Part shown: in pieces, positions 47,973 through 57,973 of the stretch
Numbering within the stretch: position 1 is the first letter of the stretch
Layout of the letters: each line of letters opens with the position of its first letter
NCBI GenBank assembly: GCA_043817315.1
Contig: JBDRGY010000004.1
Location: forward strand, 64,797 to 128,796
DNA length: 64,000 nucleotides
Direction: 5' to 3'
Source: Patescibacteria group bacterium
GTDB lineage: Bacteria; Patescibacteriota; Patescibacteriia; JBDRGY01
Notes under the pieces: model-generated
What the model saw: only the letters and a program-made list of their open reading frames with translations
Told to the model about the DNA's origin: nothing
Database searches by the model: none
Program-made: the position numbers and the translations under genes

Positions 47973-49046
47973 ATGAAAAAGACTAAAAATTCCGGAAAAA
48001 GAGTACTAGCTATAGGCAATGAAGCAGTAGTCAGGGCCGCTTTAGCAGCGGGGGCCACTGCTTTTTTCGGTTATCCTATTACACCGGCCACGGAAATTAT
48101 TGCTTTGTGGCCCAAGTACCAGCCTAAATTTAAAACCAAGTTTTTACAAACCGAAGACGAACCTTCAGCCGGTTTCACCTTGATCGGGGCGGTATTGGCC
48201 GGGGCCAAAGCCTTTACGGCCACAGCCGGACCAGGCACAGTCTTGATGCAAGATGCCTTTTCCATGGCTGAAGCCATGAGGATTCCGACTGTTGCTGTCA
48301 TCGTACAGCGAGGCGGTCCCTCAACCGGTACAGTGATCTACAGTCAACAGGAAGTGCTGCTGACCTGCTTCGGAGGGAATGGTGAGGGCTTTCGGGTAGT
48401 TTATTCTCCTTCCAATTTACAGGAGCTCTACGATTTGACCATTCAAGCCTTTAATACAGCTTGGCAATACCGTTTTCCCACTTTTGTACTCACTGACGGT
48501 TATCTGGGCAAAATGAGAGGCTTAGTGGAATTTTACGATCCCAAAAAGAAAAGAATGAAATTAGTGCCACCGGAACCGATCCTGCTCAACCCCAAGAAGA
48601 AAAAGGGTACCTATGTTAACATGGCTAATTGTGTCAATCTGGAAGAAGATATTTTTCAGATTAATGAAAAGATCAGAAAAGATTTTCAGAAATACCGCCC
48701 CCAAATCGAGCAGTACCAAGAATACAAAACTAAAGATGCTGAGATATTAATAATTGCTCACAGTATTGTGGGAGCGGCCGCTCAGTCAGCCATCGACACC
48801 TTGAGACAGCAGGGGATTAAAGTTGGTTTATTCCGACCGATTACTCTGCAGCCTTTCCCGGCCAAGGCGGCCCTGCAATTGGCCAAGTCAGTTAAAAAGA
48901 TTGTGATACCGGAATCCTCAGTTGGCCAGTTTATCAAAATTGTAAAAGAAGCTCTATACGGACTGAAAGTACCTATACAACATTACGCACGTCCTGCTCT
49001 GGGGATCACTGCCGAAGAGATTGTGGCTTTGATCAAGAAAAAATGA
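47973..49046 (+). CDS. 2-oxoacid:ferredoxin oxidoreductase alpha subunit
   Basis: GNEA, GYPITPATE, QTEDE, TAGPG, QRGGPSTG, FRPITL.PFP. Confidence 0.93.
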   Translation: MKKTKNSGKRVLAIGNEAVVRAALAAGATAFFGYPITPATEIIALWPKYQPKFKTKFLQTEDEPSAGFTLIGAVLAGAKAFTATAGPGTVLMQDAFSMAEAMRIPTVAVIVQRGGPSTGTVIYSQQEVLLTCFGGNGEGFRVVYSPSNLQELYDLTIQAFNTAWQYRFPTFVLTDGYLGKMRGLVEFYDPKKKRMKLVPPEPILLNPKKKKGTYVNMANCVNLEEDIFQINEKIRKDFQKYRPQIEQYQEYKTKDAEILIIAHSIVGAAAQSAIDTLRQQGIKVGLFRPITLQPFPAKAALQLAKSVKKIVIPESSVGQFIKIVKEALYGLKVPIQHYARPALGITAEEIVALIKKK

Positions 49047-49609
49047 GCAGAAGAGGATTCACTCTAGTGGAGCTGTTGGTAGTAATTGCTATTATCGGTT
49101 TGCTGGCAACTCTGGCCTTCGTAAGTTTGAACCGGGCCCGGTCTCAGGCTCGGGATACAGTCCGAATGCAAGACCTTAGTGGTATCACTAAGGCCCTGGA
49201 GCTCTATTATTCAGAAAATGAAAGATATCCCAGCAGCGCTGATTGCTTTTGTGATGCAACATGTACCGATATTTGTGTATCCCTTTCAGATGACTGGATT
49301 CCTGATATGCAAAAACATATGCCCCAACTTCCCCTGGATCCTTTATATGGTCAACAGTCAGGAGGCGAATCCCTTCATTATGAATATAGGAGTTTTTATC
49401 CTGAAGCGAACCATTATTGTGAAGTATATGCCAGTGCCAGAGATTGTTTTGAAGATTCTGCTGATCTCGTAGATACTGATGGTATTCATTTGCCATTTTC
49501 CCCCTATCTTTTATGCCTGGTACTGGAAACCGATGTTGAACCAGATAATTATTATCGAATGGTTGGTACCAACTCATATAAATATTGCACCGGGCAATTC
49601 GAGCCCTAA
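49043..49609 (+). CDS. Type IV pilin/pseudopilin 1
   Basis: RRG|FTLVELLVVIAIIG class III signal; LPLDP. Confidence 0.92.
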   Translation: MSRRGFTLVELLVVIAIIGLLATLAFVSLNRARSQARDTVRMQDLSGITKALELYYSENERYPSSADCFCDATCTDICVSLSDDWIPDMQKHMPQLPLDPLYGQQSGGESLHYEYRSFYPEANHYCEVYASARDCFEDSADLVDTDGIHLPFSPYLLCLVLETDVEPDNYYRMVGTNSYKYCTGQFEP

Positions 49610-49641
49610 TAATTAAATTACGGTTTCGGTGGTAAGAAATA

Positions 49642-50217
49642 ATGGAACAAAAAAACAAAAAAGGATTTACCCTGATGGAACTGCTGATTATTGTGGGCAT
49701 AATCGGGATTTTGGCCTCGTTGGTTTTTTTTCGTCTCAATGTTGCCAGGGCTAAAGCACGAGATGCCATGCGGCTGACAGATATCGATGCCATTAAGAAA
49801 GCTTTGAGCCTGTACGACGCCGAATATTTCAAGTACCCCAGCAGCGCTAATTGCGACGGTTCCAATATGCATATATGTGAGTCTTCAGTAGAAAATTCTA
49901 CCTGGTTGGCTGATTTGGATCAGTATATGCCCAAACAGCCCCATGACCCCTTGCAGGCCCAAAATCCCCAGGCCTATCGTTACCGCTACCAGAGTTTTTA
50001 CGAGCACCTGCCCATTTATTGTGTAGATTTGCCAGATGATCTTTGTTGGTATCAGGAAACCCCGTATCCTTATTTCAAAAGATTAGACGGTGGTAAAGAG
50101 GAATTGGAACCCAGCCCTTTTATCTTGTGTTTCAAGCTAGAAACCAACATGAGGCCCACCCCCAATGTTTATCAGATTTGGGACAATCATGACCTTTACT
50201 GCACCGGTGAATGGTAA
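49642..50217 (+). CDS. Type IV pilin/pseudopilin 2
   Basis: KKG|FTLMELL; P.DP. Confidence 0.92.
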   Translation: MEQKNKKGFTLMELLIIVGIIGILASLVFFRLNVARAKARDAMRLTDIDAIKKALSLYDAEYFKYPSSANCDGSNMHICESSVENSTWLADLDQYMPKQPHDPLQAQNPQAYRYRYQSFYEHLPIYCVDLPDDLCWYQETPYPYFKRLDGGKEELEPSPFILCFKLETNMRPTPNVYQIWDNHDLYCTGEW

Positions 50218-50241
50218 AAAAATGTTACTTTGATATTTAAT

Positions 50242-50736
50242 ATGATAAAAAAACAAAAAGGGTTTACCCTCGTTGAATTACTAGTAGTTATCGGTATTAT
50301 CGGTATCTTGGCTACCCTCGTTTTTGTTAACTTGTCCTCCTCTAGGGCCCAAGCCAGAAATTCCGTCAGGTTAGCTGCTGTTGATGCTATGGTCAAAGCC
50401 CTTGAAGCCTATTATCAGGACTATGAATACTATCCTAGCAGCATGACAGCTGCTTGCCCTGTGACCTTCATATGCAATAGCACTGATGCAAATGTCTGGA
50501 TACCTGGATTGGCCGACTATATCAATAGCCTACCCCACGACCCTCTAGAAGAACGGTTTCTGGGATTTCTCTATATGTACACTACTAATCCCATATATAA
50601 TTTCATAGTTGGTGGGGATTTCCATTACATCTTGTTCTATTATCTGGAAGGTGAGGATCATCGGCAATTCCGGGGGAACTTATTGCAAGTTACAGCAGGT
50701 AATTCGTTTTACTATTATCATGTGCCCCTGGAGTAA
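50242..50736 (+). CDS. Type IV pilin/pseudopilin 3
   Basis: QKG|FTLVELL; LPHDP. Confidence 0.92.
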   Translation: MIKKQKGFTLVELLVVIGIIGILATLVFVNLSSSRAQARNSVRLAAVDAMVKALEAYYQDYEYYPSSMTAACPVTFICNSTDANVWIPGLADYINSLPHDPLEERFLGFLYMYTTNPIYNFIVGGDFHYILFYYLEGEDHRQFRGNLLQVTAGNSFYYYHVPLE

Positions 50737-50759
50737 AAAAAATTGATTAACGATATTTA

Positions 50760-51248
50760 ATGAGGAAAAAACAAAAAGGATTCACTTTAGTCGAATTATT
50801 AGTAGTAATAGCCATTATCGGGCTTTTGGCCACGCTGGCTTTTGTTAGTCTGAATAGGGCGCGAGCCCAGGCCAGAAATGCCGTCCGGTTAGCTGATATT
50901 GATGTCCTGGTCAAATCCATGGAGGCCTACTATCATGAAAATGAAAAATATCCGCATGAGGATATTGGTGATGATTGCTATAACAGTACTTGTGCCAGTA
51001 CCTCAGGCGACAATTGGCTTCCTGGCTTAGATGAATTTATTAATCGCCTTCCCCATGATCCGCTTGAAGAAACAGGTGGAATGTTTTATATGTATGGGAC
51101 TAACCCTGGTTGGAACTTTTTAACAGGTGAAGACTTCCATTATCTCATATTATATTTTCTGGAGGGAGAAAACCACTCAGAATTTCGAGGAAATTTCTGG
51201 CAAGTTTCAGGAAGCAATTCGGTATATTACTACTATGTGCCACGGTGA
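50760..51248 (+). CDS. Type IV pilin/pseudopilin 4
   Basis: QKG|FTLVELL; LPHDP. Confidence 0.92.
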   Translation: MRKKQKGFTLVELLVVIAIIGLLATLAFVSLNRARAQARNAVRLADIDVLVKSMEAYYHENEKYPHEDIGDDCYNSTCASTSGDNWLPGLDEFINRLPHDPLEETGGMFYMYGTNPGWNFLTGEDFHYLILYFLEGENHSEFRGNFWQVSGSNSVYYYYVPR

Positions 51249-51277
51249 TAATCAAAACCCTTTGATATTTATTTTAG

Positions 51278-51799
51278 ATGAAAAGCAAACCTAAAGGTTA
51301 CGTCTTGGTTGAGCTATTGGTAGTAATCACCATTATTGGTATAATATCAACAGTCGCTTTTGTTTCTTTAAACTCAGCCAGAATTCAGGCCAGGGATGCT
51401 ACCCGTCTGCACGATATCGATAATCTGATGAAATCTTTTGAAGTCTACTACGCCGGGGAAGAGGGATATCCCAGTAGTGTGGGGTGTAATTTTAGCGGGA
51501 CCTGTCCGCCAGACTGGAATTGCGCCGATATCTGCGGGTCTAATGGTCAAGACGATTGGTTACCAGACATGAATATCTATCTGGAAAAATTGCCATCTGA
51601 TCTGTTGAATGAAAGAGGATTTCCTTACCACTACTTCTACCTTAATCCTACCCAGGGTTGGCTAGATACCTCCGGTAATCCTATTCCCGATAGTCCCTAT
51701 CTTCTCTGCTTTGTCCTAGAAAAAGAAATGGAACTGGATAATGCCCACCGCCATCAACAATTAGGTAATAATTTATACTGTAAAGGATTATTTCAATAA
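51278..51799 (+). CDS. Type IV pilin/pseudopilin 5
   Basis: PKG|YVLVELL (Tyr at +1). Confidence 0.88.
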   Translation: MKSKPKGYVLVELLVVITIIGIISTVAFVSLNSARIQARDATRLHDIDNLMKSFEVYYAGEEGYPSSVGCNFSGTCPPDWNCADICGSNGQDDWLPDMNIYLEKLPSDLLNERGFPYHYFYLNPTQGWLDTSGNPIPDSPYLLCFVLEKEMELDNAHRHQQLGNNLYCKGLFQ

Positions 51800-51800
51800 A

Positions 51801-52526
51801 ATGATAGAACCCAAGTTTCCTAAATCAGTCAAAGCCGCTTCCAAGCCTCACAATTTTTGTCCGGGCTGCGGCCACCCCATCGTCTTACAGGCGATCGGGG
51901 AGATTATTGATGAATTAGGTCTGCAGGACAAAACAGTAGTCGGTCTGGATATCGGCTGTTCACTGCTAGCCTGGGACTTTTTTGACATTGATTCTACCCA
52001 AACGCATCATGGCCGGACCGGTCCGGTTATCTCAGGGTTCAAGAAAGTGAAACCGGAGAGTATTGGCATTATTTACATGGGAGATGGTGGTGCTTATGCT
52101 ATCGGGGCACAGCATCTGGTCAACGAAGCCATGCGCAATGAACCGGTAACTGTCATCGTGGTCAATAATTCCCTGTATGGAATGACCGGCGGACAGGAAG
52201 CACCCACCTCCATGCCTGATCAGGTAACCACTACAACCCCCTTTGGCGCTGACCAGAATTTTCTCAAAGGTCCGGAGATGGTGGCTGGTTTGACCAACAG
52301 CGAAGCTTATGTGGCCAGGGGCACTATCGATAACCCTATTCAGCTGAAATCTTTCATCAAAAAAGCGATTAAAAATCAGATGAAGGGAAAAGGCTTTTCT
52401 TTTGTGGAAGCGCTTTCGGTTTGTCCCACCAACTGGAAAACCGATGCCAAAGAGACATTTCAGTTTCTCAAAAAGATGAAAGCCACTTTTCCGGTCCAAG
52501 AGTTTAAAATTCCCAAAGGTTTATGA
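51801..52526 (+). CDS. 2-oxoacid:ferredoxin oxidoreductase beta subunit (TPP-binding)
   Basis: FCPGCGH, IGCS, HGR, GDGG...NN..YGMTGGQ, CPTNW. Confidence 0.93.
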   Translation: MIEPKFPKSVKAASKPHNFCPGCGHPIVLQAIGEIIDELGLQDKTVVGLDIGCSLLAWDFFDIDSTQTHHGRTGPVISGFKKVKPESIGIIYMGDGGAYAIGAQHLVNEAMRNEPVTVIVVNNSLYGMTGGQEAPTSMPDQVTTTTPFGADQNFLKGPEMVAGLTNSEAYVARGTIDNPIQLKSFIKKAIKNQMKGKGFSFVEALSVCPTNWKTDAKETFQFLKKMKATFPVQEFKIPKGL

Positions 52527-53098
52527 ACCAAGATAAATATAAAATCGTAATAGCCGGTGAGGGCGGCCAAGGCGGTCAGACTATAGCCAAGATATTACTG
52601 GAAGCCGCCTACCGCAAGAAAATGGAAGTTTCTTACATTCCTAATTTTGGTGTAGAACAAAGAGGTGGAGTTTCTGTCGCCTTTGTCCTCTTAAGCAAAG
52701 AAGAGCCGATTGTCTATCCCAAATTTGATAAAGGAGATATCGTTGTTATCCTATCGGAACGATCGGTTAAGAGGACGCTGCGCTACGTAGACAAGAAAAC
52801 GACAGTTATCTACAACAGTACCTTTATTAAAAACTCCAAACCGATCAAGAAAGCAGCTAAAACGGTTATCGGCATTGATGCCACTACTATCGCCAAAGAA
52901 CAGCTGTCACCTAGAGTGTTTAATACAATAATATTGGGCAGTATAGCTGCCCAGCTGCAAGTAATCACCTTAAAGCAGATTCAGTCGGCGGTAAAAACCA
53001 CCTTAGGTCATAAATTCAAACAGAAACCCAAGTTGGAACAGCTAAATTTGCAGGCCGTAGAACTGGGATATGATTTAGTTACCAAGAATAAAAAATGA
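52523..53098 (+). CDS. 2-oxoacid:ferredoxin oxidoreductase gamma subunit
   Basis: AGEGGQG, FGVEQRGG, N.I.LG, N..A...G. Confidence 0.92.
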   Translation: MNQDKYKIVIAGEGGQGGQTIAKILLEAAYRKKMEVSYIPNFGVEQRGGVSVAFVLLSKEEPIVYPKFDKGDIVVILSERSVKRTLRYVDKKTTVIYNSTFIKNSKPIKKAAKTVIGIDATTIAKEQLSPRVFNTIILGSIAAQLQVITLKQIQSAVKTTLGHKFKQKPKLEQLNLQAVELGYDLVTKNKK

Positions 53099-53361
53099 AA
53101 AACTTTAAGCCAACTTCAGAGGAAAACGACAAAGTCAAACACATAAGATTTTTAGGATTATGTAAGAGCTGCGGTATTTGCATAGAAAAGTGCCCCGCTA
53201 AATGTTTACGTTTCTCCGATGATAAAGTTGGCTATTACGGCTTACCCGCTATTGATGTCGATATTGAAAAATGTACTATTTGCATGACTTGCCAAAGAAG
53301 CTGTCCCGAGCAGGCAATAACGGTAGAACGTAAAGAGGCAAAACAGGTAAAGAAAAAATAA
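53095..53361 (+). CDS. 2x[4Fe-4S] ferredoxin (OFOR delta subunit)
   Basis: CKSCGICIEKCP and CTICMTCQRSCP. Confidence 0.92.
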   Translation: MKNFKPTSEENDKVKHIRFLGLCKSCGICIEKCPAKCLRFSDDKVGYYGLPAIDVDIEKCTICMTCQRSCPEQAITVERKEAKQVKKK

Positions 53362-53436
53362 GCTAATTTAGTTAATGGAGACGGGGCCCAACCCGTTTTT
53401 TGATTAACCGCAGGAAAGATGATAAAATTTAAAGGT

Positions 53437-55149
53437 ATGAGTAAAATTTGGAAGATAAAACCAAAAATTTCCAAAGAGTCTCAAAATAATTTCCCGGAAA
53501 TTAATCCGGTTGTTTTACAATTGCTTTATAACCGTGGCTTATCAAATCAAGAAGCCATTGACGAATTCTTAAATCCCGACTACAGCCAAGATGTTCATGA
53601 TCCCTTTTTGTTTCAAGATATGCAAAAGGCTGTAGATCGTATTGTCAAAGCCGTCAGCTCGGAAAAGAAAATAGTTGTCCACGGAGACTATGATGCTGAT
53701 GGGGTTTCTGCTTCGGCAGTATTGGTCGAGGTCTTGCGAAAACTGGGCATCAAGCAGGAGAACTTATACATTTATATTCCTCACCGTAACACCGAAGGAT
53801 ATGGATTGTCAGAAGAAACCGTAAATAACTTAGTCAAATCAAAAACAGATTTAATAATTACAGCTGATTGCGGGATCAGCAATGTCAATGAAGTAAATCT
53901 GGCTCAGCAGAAAGGGATTGACGTGATTATTACCGATCATCATACAGTACCGTCCGAGCTGCCGAAATCTTTTGCCATTATCAACCCTAAAGTAAAATCG
54001 GATAAATATCCCTTTGCAGAACTGAGTGGAGTAGGAGTGGCCTTCAAATTGGTTCAAGCTCTACGGCGTCATCAAAAAATCGAAGGAGGATTTGAAAAAT
54101 GGCTGCTGGATTTGGTGGCCCTGGGCACAGTAGCTGATTCAGTTCCTCTTTTGGGGGAGAATCGGACTTTAGTTAAATACGGCTTAATAGTCTTGAACAA
54201 GACCAGGCGGCTAGGATTGCGTCGCCTCTATAGTGTAGCCAGAATTGAACTAGGCGAGATAAATGCCCGTTCCATCAGTTTCCAGATTGCCCCCCGTCTA
54301 AATGCTGCCGGTCGGCTCGAACATGCCAATACTGCTTATCAGCTTCTGATCTCCGAAGAAAAACAAGCCACCGAAGATCTGGCCAATCAGCTGAACAATA
54401 CCAATTTTCAAAGACAGCAGATAACAGATAGTTTAAAGAAAGAAGCCTTTAATCAGATAGGGGACAAGGTGGAAGATCTGGTCATATTTGTTCACGGCCA
54501 GGATCAGAGGTGGCAACCGGGTATTATCGGCTTAATCGCCGGTAGAGTCTCTGACCAGTATTTTCGTCCCGCTTTTGTAATCTGTCAGCAGGACAATCTA
54601 TTTATTGGATCGGGGCGTTCCATTGAGCAGTTGGATATCATGGAAGTATTGGCAGATTGCAGGCAGTATCTTCAAAAGTTTGGCGGGCATGCTCAGGCTT
54701 GTGGTTTTACCCTGGAAGGAGAAGCTAACCTGGAGGGGTTTAAAAAAATGGCTACTGAAATTATCAATCAGAAGCTGCAGGGACAGGATCTGCGTCCCCA
54801 GATAGAAATTGAATCGGCCATCCGTTTATCCGATATTGACTGGGACCTTTTCGAGGAATTAGATAATTTTTCCCCCTTTGGTGAAGGTAATCGTCAACCG
54901 ATATTTCTAACCAAACAAGTTAAGCTAGACCAGATGGAAAAAGTGGGGGCCGACAAGCGACATTTGAGATTGGCCCTGTCTCAGGGTAGCAAAAAGTTCC
55001 ACAAGACTATCGGTTTTGGGATGGGGGACTGGGCTGACAAATTGAAACTGGGTGATACCGTTGACGTTGTTTATACGGTTGATGTAAATGAATGGAACGG
55101 CAATCGAGAGCTTCAACTCAAATTAATAGACATAAAACCGAATGGCTAA
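53437..55149 (+). CDS. recJ: ssDNA-specific exonuclease RecJ
   Basis: GDYDADG, TADCG, TDHH, ALGTVAD, PRLNAAGR, GSGRS, GGH; start probably ATG 53437. Confidence 0.95.
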   Translation: MSKIWKIKPKISKESQNNFPEINPVVLQLLYNRGLSNQEAIDEFLNPDYSQDVHDPFLFQDMQKAVDRIVKAVSSEKKIVVHGDYDADGVSASAVLVEVLRKLGIKQENLYIYIPHRNTEGYGLSEETVNNLVKSKTDLIITADCGISNVNEVNLAQQKGIDVIITDHHTVPSELPKSFAIINPKVKSDKYPFAELSGVGVAFKLVQALRRHQKIEGGFEKWLLDLVALGTVADSVPLLGENRTLVKYGLIVLNKTRRLGLRRLYSVARIELGEINARSISFQIAPRLNAAGRLEHANTAYQLLISEEKQATEDLANQLNNTNFQRQQITDSLKKEAFNQIGDKVEDLVIFVHGQDQRWQPGIIGLIAGRVSDQYFRPAFVICQQDNLFIGSGRSIEQLDIMEVLADCRQYLQKFGGHAQACGFTLEGEANLEGFKKMATEIINQKLQGQDLRPQIEIESAIRLSDIDWDLFEELDNFSPFGEGNRQPIFLTKQVKLDQMEKVGADKRHLRLALSQGSKKFHKTIGFGMGDWADKLKLGDTVDVVYTVDVNEWNGNRELQLKLIDIKPNG

Positions 55150-56632
55150 AAAAATCAGACCCAGTCTAATGTATCTATTTGTTTTTTTGACTGGGGCAGT
55201 CATTATGGCGATTGAGTTAGCTGCTTCGCGGATTTTGGCGCCCTATTTTGGAAGTTCGATTTTTGTGTGGGGCAATATTATCGGAGTTGTTATGATTGCT
55301 CTGTCACTGGGTTACTATATCGGTGGTAAACTGGTCGACCGGCAACCCAGTTTGGCCCTATTAATGTACGGAGTACTGCTGGCTGGGATATTGATTGCCT
55401 TCGTTCCTTATTTGACCAAACCTCTTTCGGAAAACATCTTACCGCAACAGGCTTTTAGTTTCCAAATTTTCCTGATATTAGGTTCCTTTCTGGCCATGTT
55501 CATTCTGTTTGCTATTCCCATTTTTATCCTGGGCATGGTTTCTCCTTTTGTTATTCGCTTATTAATTGACGATGTTAATAAATCAGGACAAGTAGCTGGG
55601 TCGGTTTATGCTTCCTCTACCGTCGGCAGTATTTTGGGCACTTTTCTAGCGGCCTATTGGATAATTCCTTTTGTGGGCAGTCGGGAGACTTTACTGATTT
55701 GTTCTTTTTTGTTGATCATAATTAGCGGTTTCGGCTTGATTAAAAAACCTTGGTTTTTTACCCTACTACTGATTCCTGTATTGATATATTTTCTCAGCTC
55801 ACAAGTGGCACTTTCCCGCGAAGAATACTTAATCTATGAAGAAGAATCCGCCTACAATCTTATCCAGGTAGTCAGAGATGGCCAAAGAATAAATCTGAAA
55901 TTCAATGAAGGATTTGGAATACAAACGATTTATATCCCGGGCCAACCGTTGGTGTCTTCTTATTACGACTATTATTCGATATTACCTTATCTGGTTGAAC
56001 AAAAACAAAAGGAAGTACTGATGATCGGAGTGGGCGGAGGAGCTATTCCTAATATGTATCTGAAACTGCTGGCAGAAGAATTTGATTTCAACATTGATGC
56101 CGTAGAGATTGACCAGGAGGTAATCAGTACCGCCCAAACCTATTTTGAATATCCTACTGACCAGATTAACACTATTATCAGCGACGGTCGGTTTTTCCTC
56201 CGTCAAACTGAAAAGAAATATGATATAATAATTGTTGATGCTTACGCTCAGAGTCTATATATTCCCTGGCATCTTACCACAGCAGAATTTTTCCAGAATA
56301 CCGCTTCCCACCTTAATCCTTCGGGACTACTAGCCATAAATGTCAATTCTGTAGATTACTCTGACAAAATCCTGCAATCAATCAGTCAAACTATCAGAAC
56401 GGTTTTTGAGAAGGTCTATATAGTGCCCATAAAGTTTTCGGCCAACTACATGATCGTGGCCGGCAACCAAACCCTAGATTTTAATAGTGATGGCATCGGC
56501 AACCCTGACATAAAGATGTACATGGAGGATGCCTGGCGCTATAATGAGTTGGTAGAGCAGCAGGGGAGTGGGCTTATCCTTACCGACAATAAAGCTCCAA
56601 TCGAATTTTATACCGAGGCTAGCTTTTTATAA
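55142..56632 (+). CDS. Fused membrane (MFS-like)/spermidine synthase-like protein
   Basis: EL.ASRILAPYFGSS; GS.YA.STVGSILG; IGVGGG, VEID, DGR, D.IIVDAY. Confidence 0.88.
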   Translation: MAKKIRPSLMYLFVFLTGAVIMAIELAASRILAPYFGSSIFVWGNIIGVVMIALSLGYYIGGKLVDRQPSLALLMYGVLLAGILIAFVPYLTKPLSENILPQQAFSFQIFLILGSFLAMFILFAIPIFILGMVSPFVIRLLIDDVNKSGQVAGSVYASSTVGSILGTFLAAYWIIPFVGSRETLLICSFLLIIISGFGLIKKPWFFTLLLIPVLIYFLSSQVALSREEYLIYEEESAYNLIQVVRDGQRINLKFNEGFGIQTIYIPGQPLVSSYYDYYSILPYLVEQKQKEVLMIGVGGGAIPNMYLKLLAEEFDFNIDAVEIDQEVISTAQTYFEYPTDQINTIISDGRFFLRQTEKKYDIIIVDAYAQSLYIPWHLTTAEFFQNTASHLNPSGLLAINVNSVDYSDKILQSISQTIRTVFEKVYIVPIKFSANYMIVAGNQTLDFNSDGIGNPDIKMYMEDAWRYNELVEQQGSGLILTDNKAPIEFYTEASFL

Positions 56633-56648
56633 ACTAAATTAAGTAATT

Positions 56649-57083
56649 ATGAAAAACAGCAAAATCAAAATTTTCACTGACGGTGGATCCAGAGGCAACC
56701 CAGGACCTGCAGCTGTTGGAGTGGTATTTAAAGATCTGCAAGATAAAACTATAAATGAATTTTCCGACTTTATCGGGGAGACTACCAATGGTCAGGCAGA
56801 ATATCAGGCCATCATCTTGGGATTAAAGAAAGCTAAAAGCCTAAAGTATAAGATAGTAGAGTTATTTGCGGACAGTCAGTTTATAATAGAGCAACTAAAT
56901 GGTAATTATAAGATAAAAGAGGCGGGAATTGTTCCACTTTTCATTCAAGCCTGGAATTTGCACCTGGATTTTGATGAAATTAAGTTTATTTTCATTCCAC
57001 GGGAACAAAACCAGGAAGCGGATAAACTGGTGAATATTGTACTTAATAGCCGCCAGCGAGTAAAAAAGATACCCGGACTCTAA
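56649..57083 (+). CDS. rnhA: Ribonuclease HI family protein
   Basis: FTDGGSRGNPGP, TN..AEY, DSQ, PRE.N..AD.L.N. Confidence 0.9.
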   Translation: MKNSKIKIFTDGGSRGNPGPAAVGVVFKDLQDKTINEFSDFIGETTNGQAEYQAIILGLKKAKSLKYKIVELFADSQFIIEQLNGNYKIKEAGIVPLFIQAWNLHLDFDEIKFIFIPREQNQEADKLVNIVLNSRQRVKKIPGL

Positions 57084-57245
57084 ACTTTTTCGGAAAATTG
57101 TCCCCATTAAATTTGGCTAAAATTAGCGAAAATATCGCTAATTTTAAGTTTGTCGTAAATTAGTCCCTATTTGTGAGCAGCATATTAGGGAAAAATGATA
57201 GCCATAGTTAGTTTTAGCAGCAGTTCTTTTACAAAGGGGTCTTCC

Positions 57246-57896
57246 ATGAGTGAGAAGTTTAGGGGAACCAGTTTCTCCGAGTGGACCTACGTGCCGGGAG
57301 AAATCAGCAACGGCTATTACAGTCAACTGGCCGAGCTAGCAGTTTTGGGCCGTTTCTTGATCGGAATATTGCCCATTCCGCCAGGGGATATTGCCAATGC
57401 CGGTAATCTCAGCTTTCGCACTGAAAAGGGCTGTGTGATTACCCGGTCAGGCTGTAGTATCAAGCATCTGGATCCTGAAGATCTGGTAGAGGTGATAGGC
57501 TGGGATGAGCCGGCCTGGAAACCGACTTGCCGCAGCCCAGCACCCAACGAACCGTCTTCTGAGACCGGTGCTCATCTGGCCATCTACAAAGCCAGACCAG
57601 AGGCAAACGTAATCGTCCATCTGCACAGTCAAGAGATGGTAGCTTGGGCTGTGACTATCGGGGCAGCGATGACCCAGCAAGAATTTCCCTATGGCACGCT
57701 GGAGTTTGTCCGCGAGATAATCAGAGTGCTGAAGCAGCACGATATTGTCTGCCTCTGCGGACCAGAACACATCGGTTTCTTTGCCCTAGGGAGAGACTTC
57801 AAGCAGGTCAAACAAGCCATCGAGCAAGCGCTGGCCAAGATAGCGGAGTCTCGTTCTCACCTCGGATCGGTTGCGACACCCCCATGTCGTTCCTAA
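57246..57896 (+). CDS. Class II aldolase/adducin family protein
   Basis: GNLSFR, IT.SG, PSSE..AH..IY..RP, VHLH, YGT; boxA-like + SD before ATG 57246. Confidence 0.85.
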   Translation: MSEKFRGTSFSEWTYVPGEISNGYYSQLAELAVLGRFLIGILPIPPGDIANAGNLSFRTEKGCVITRSGCSIKHLDPEDLVEVIGWDEPAWKPTCRSPAPNEPSSETGAHLAIYKARPEANVIVHLHSQEMVAWAVTIGAAMTQQEFPYGTLEFVREIIRVLKQHDIVCLCGPEHIGFFALGRDFKQVKQAIEQALAKIAESRSHLGSVATPPCRS

Positions 57897-57933
57897 ACCG
57901 CAAAAGACGGAAGACCCCACCTTCCGTCACTAA

Positions 57934-57961
57934 TTGACAAATTTCAATATTTTTGTAAAAT
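57934..57961 (+). promoter_or_regulatory. sigma70-type promoter
   Basis: TTGACA-N16-TAAAAT. Confidence 0.6.
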
Positions 57962-57973
57962 TAGGTTAAACCT

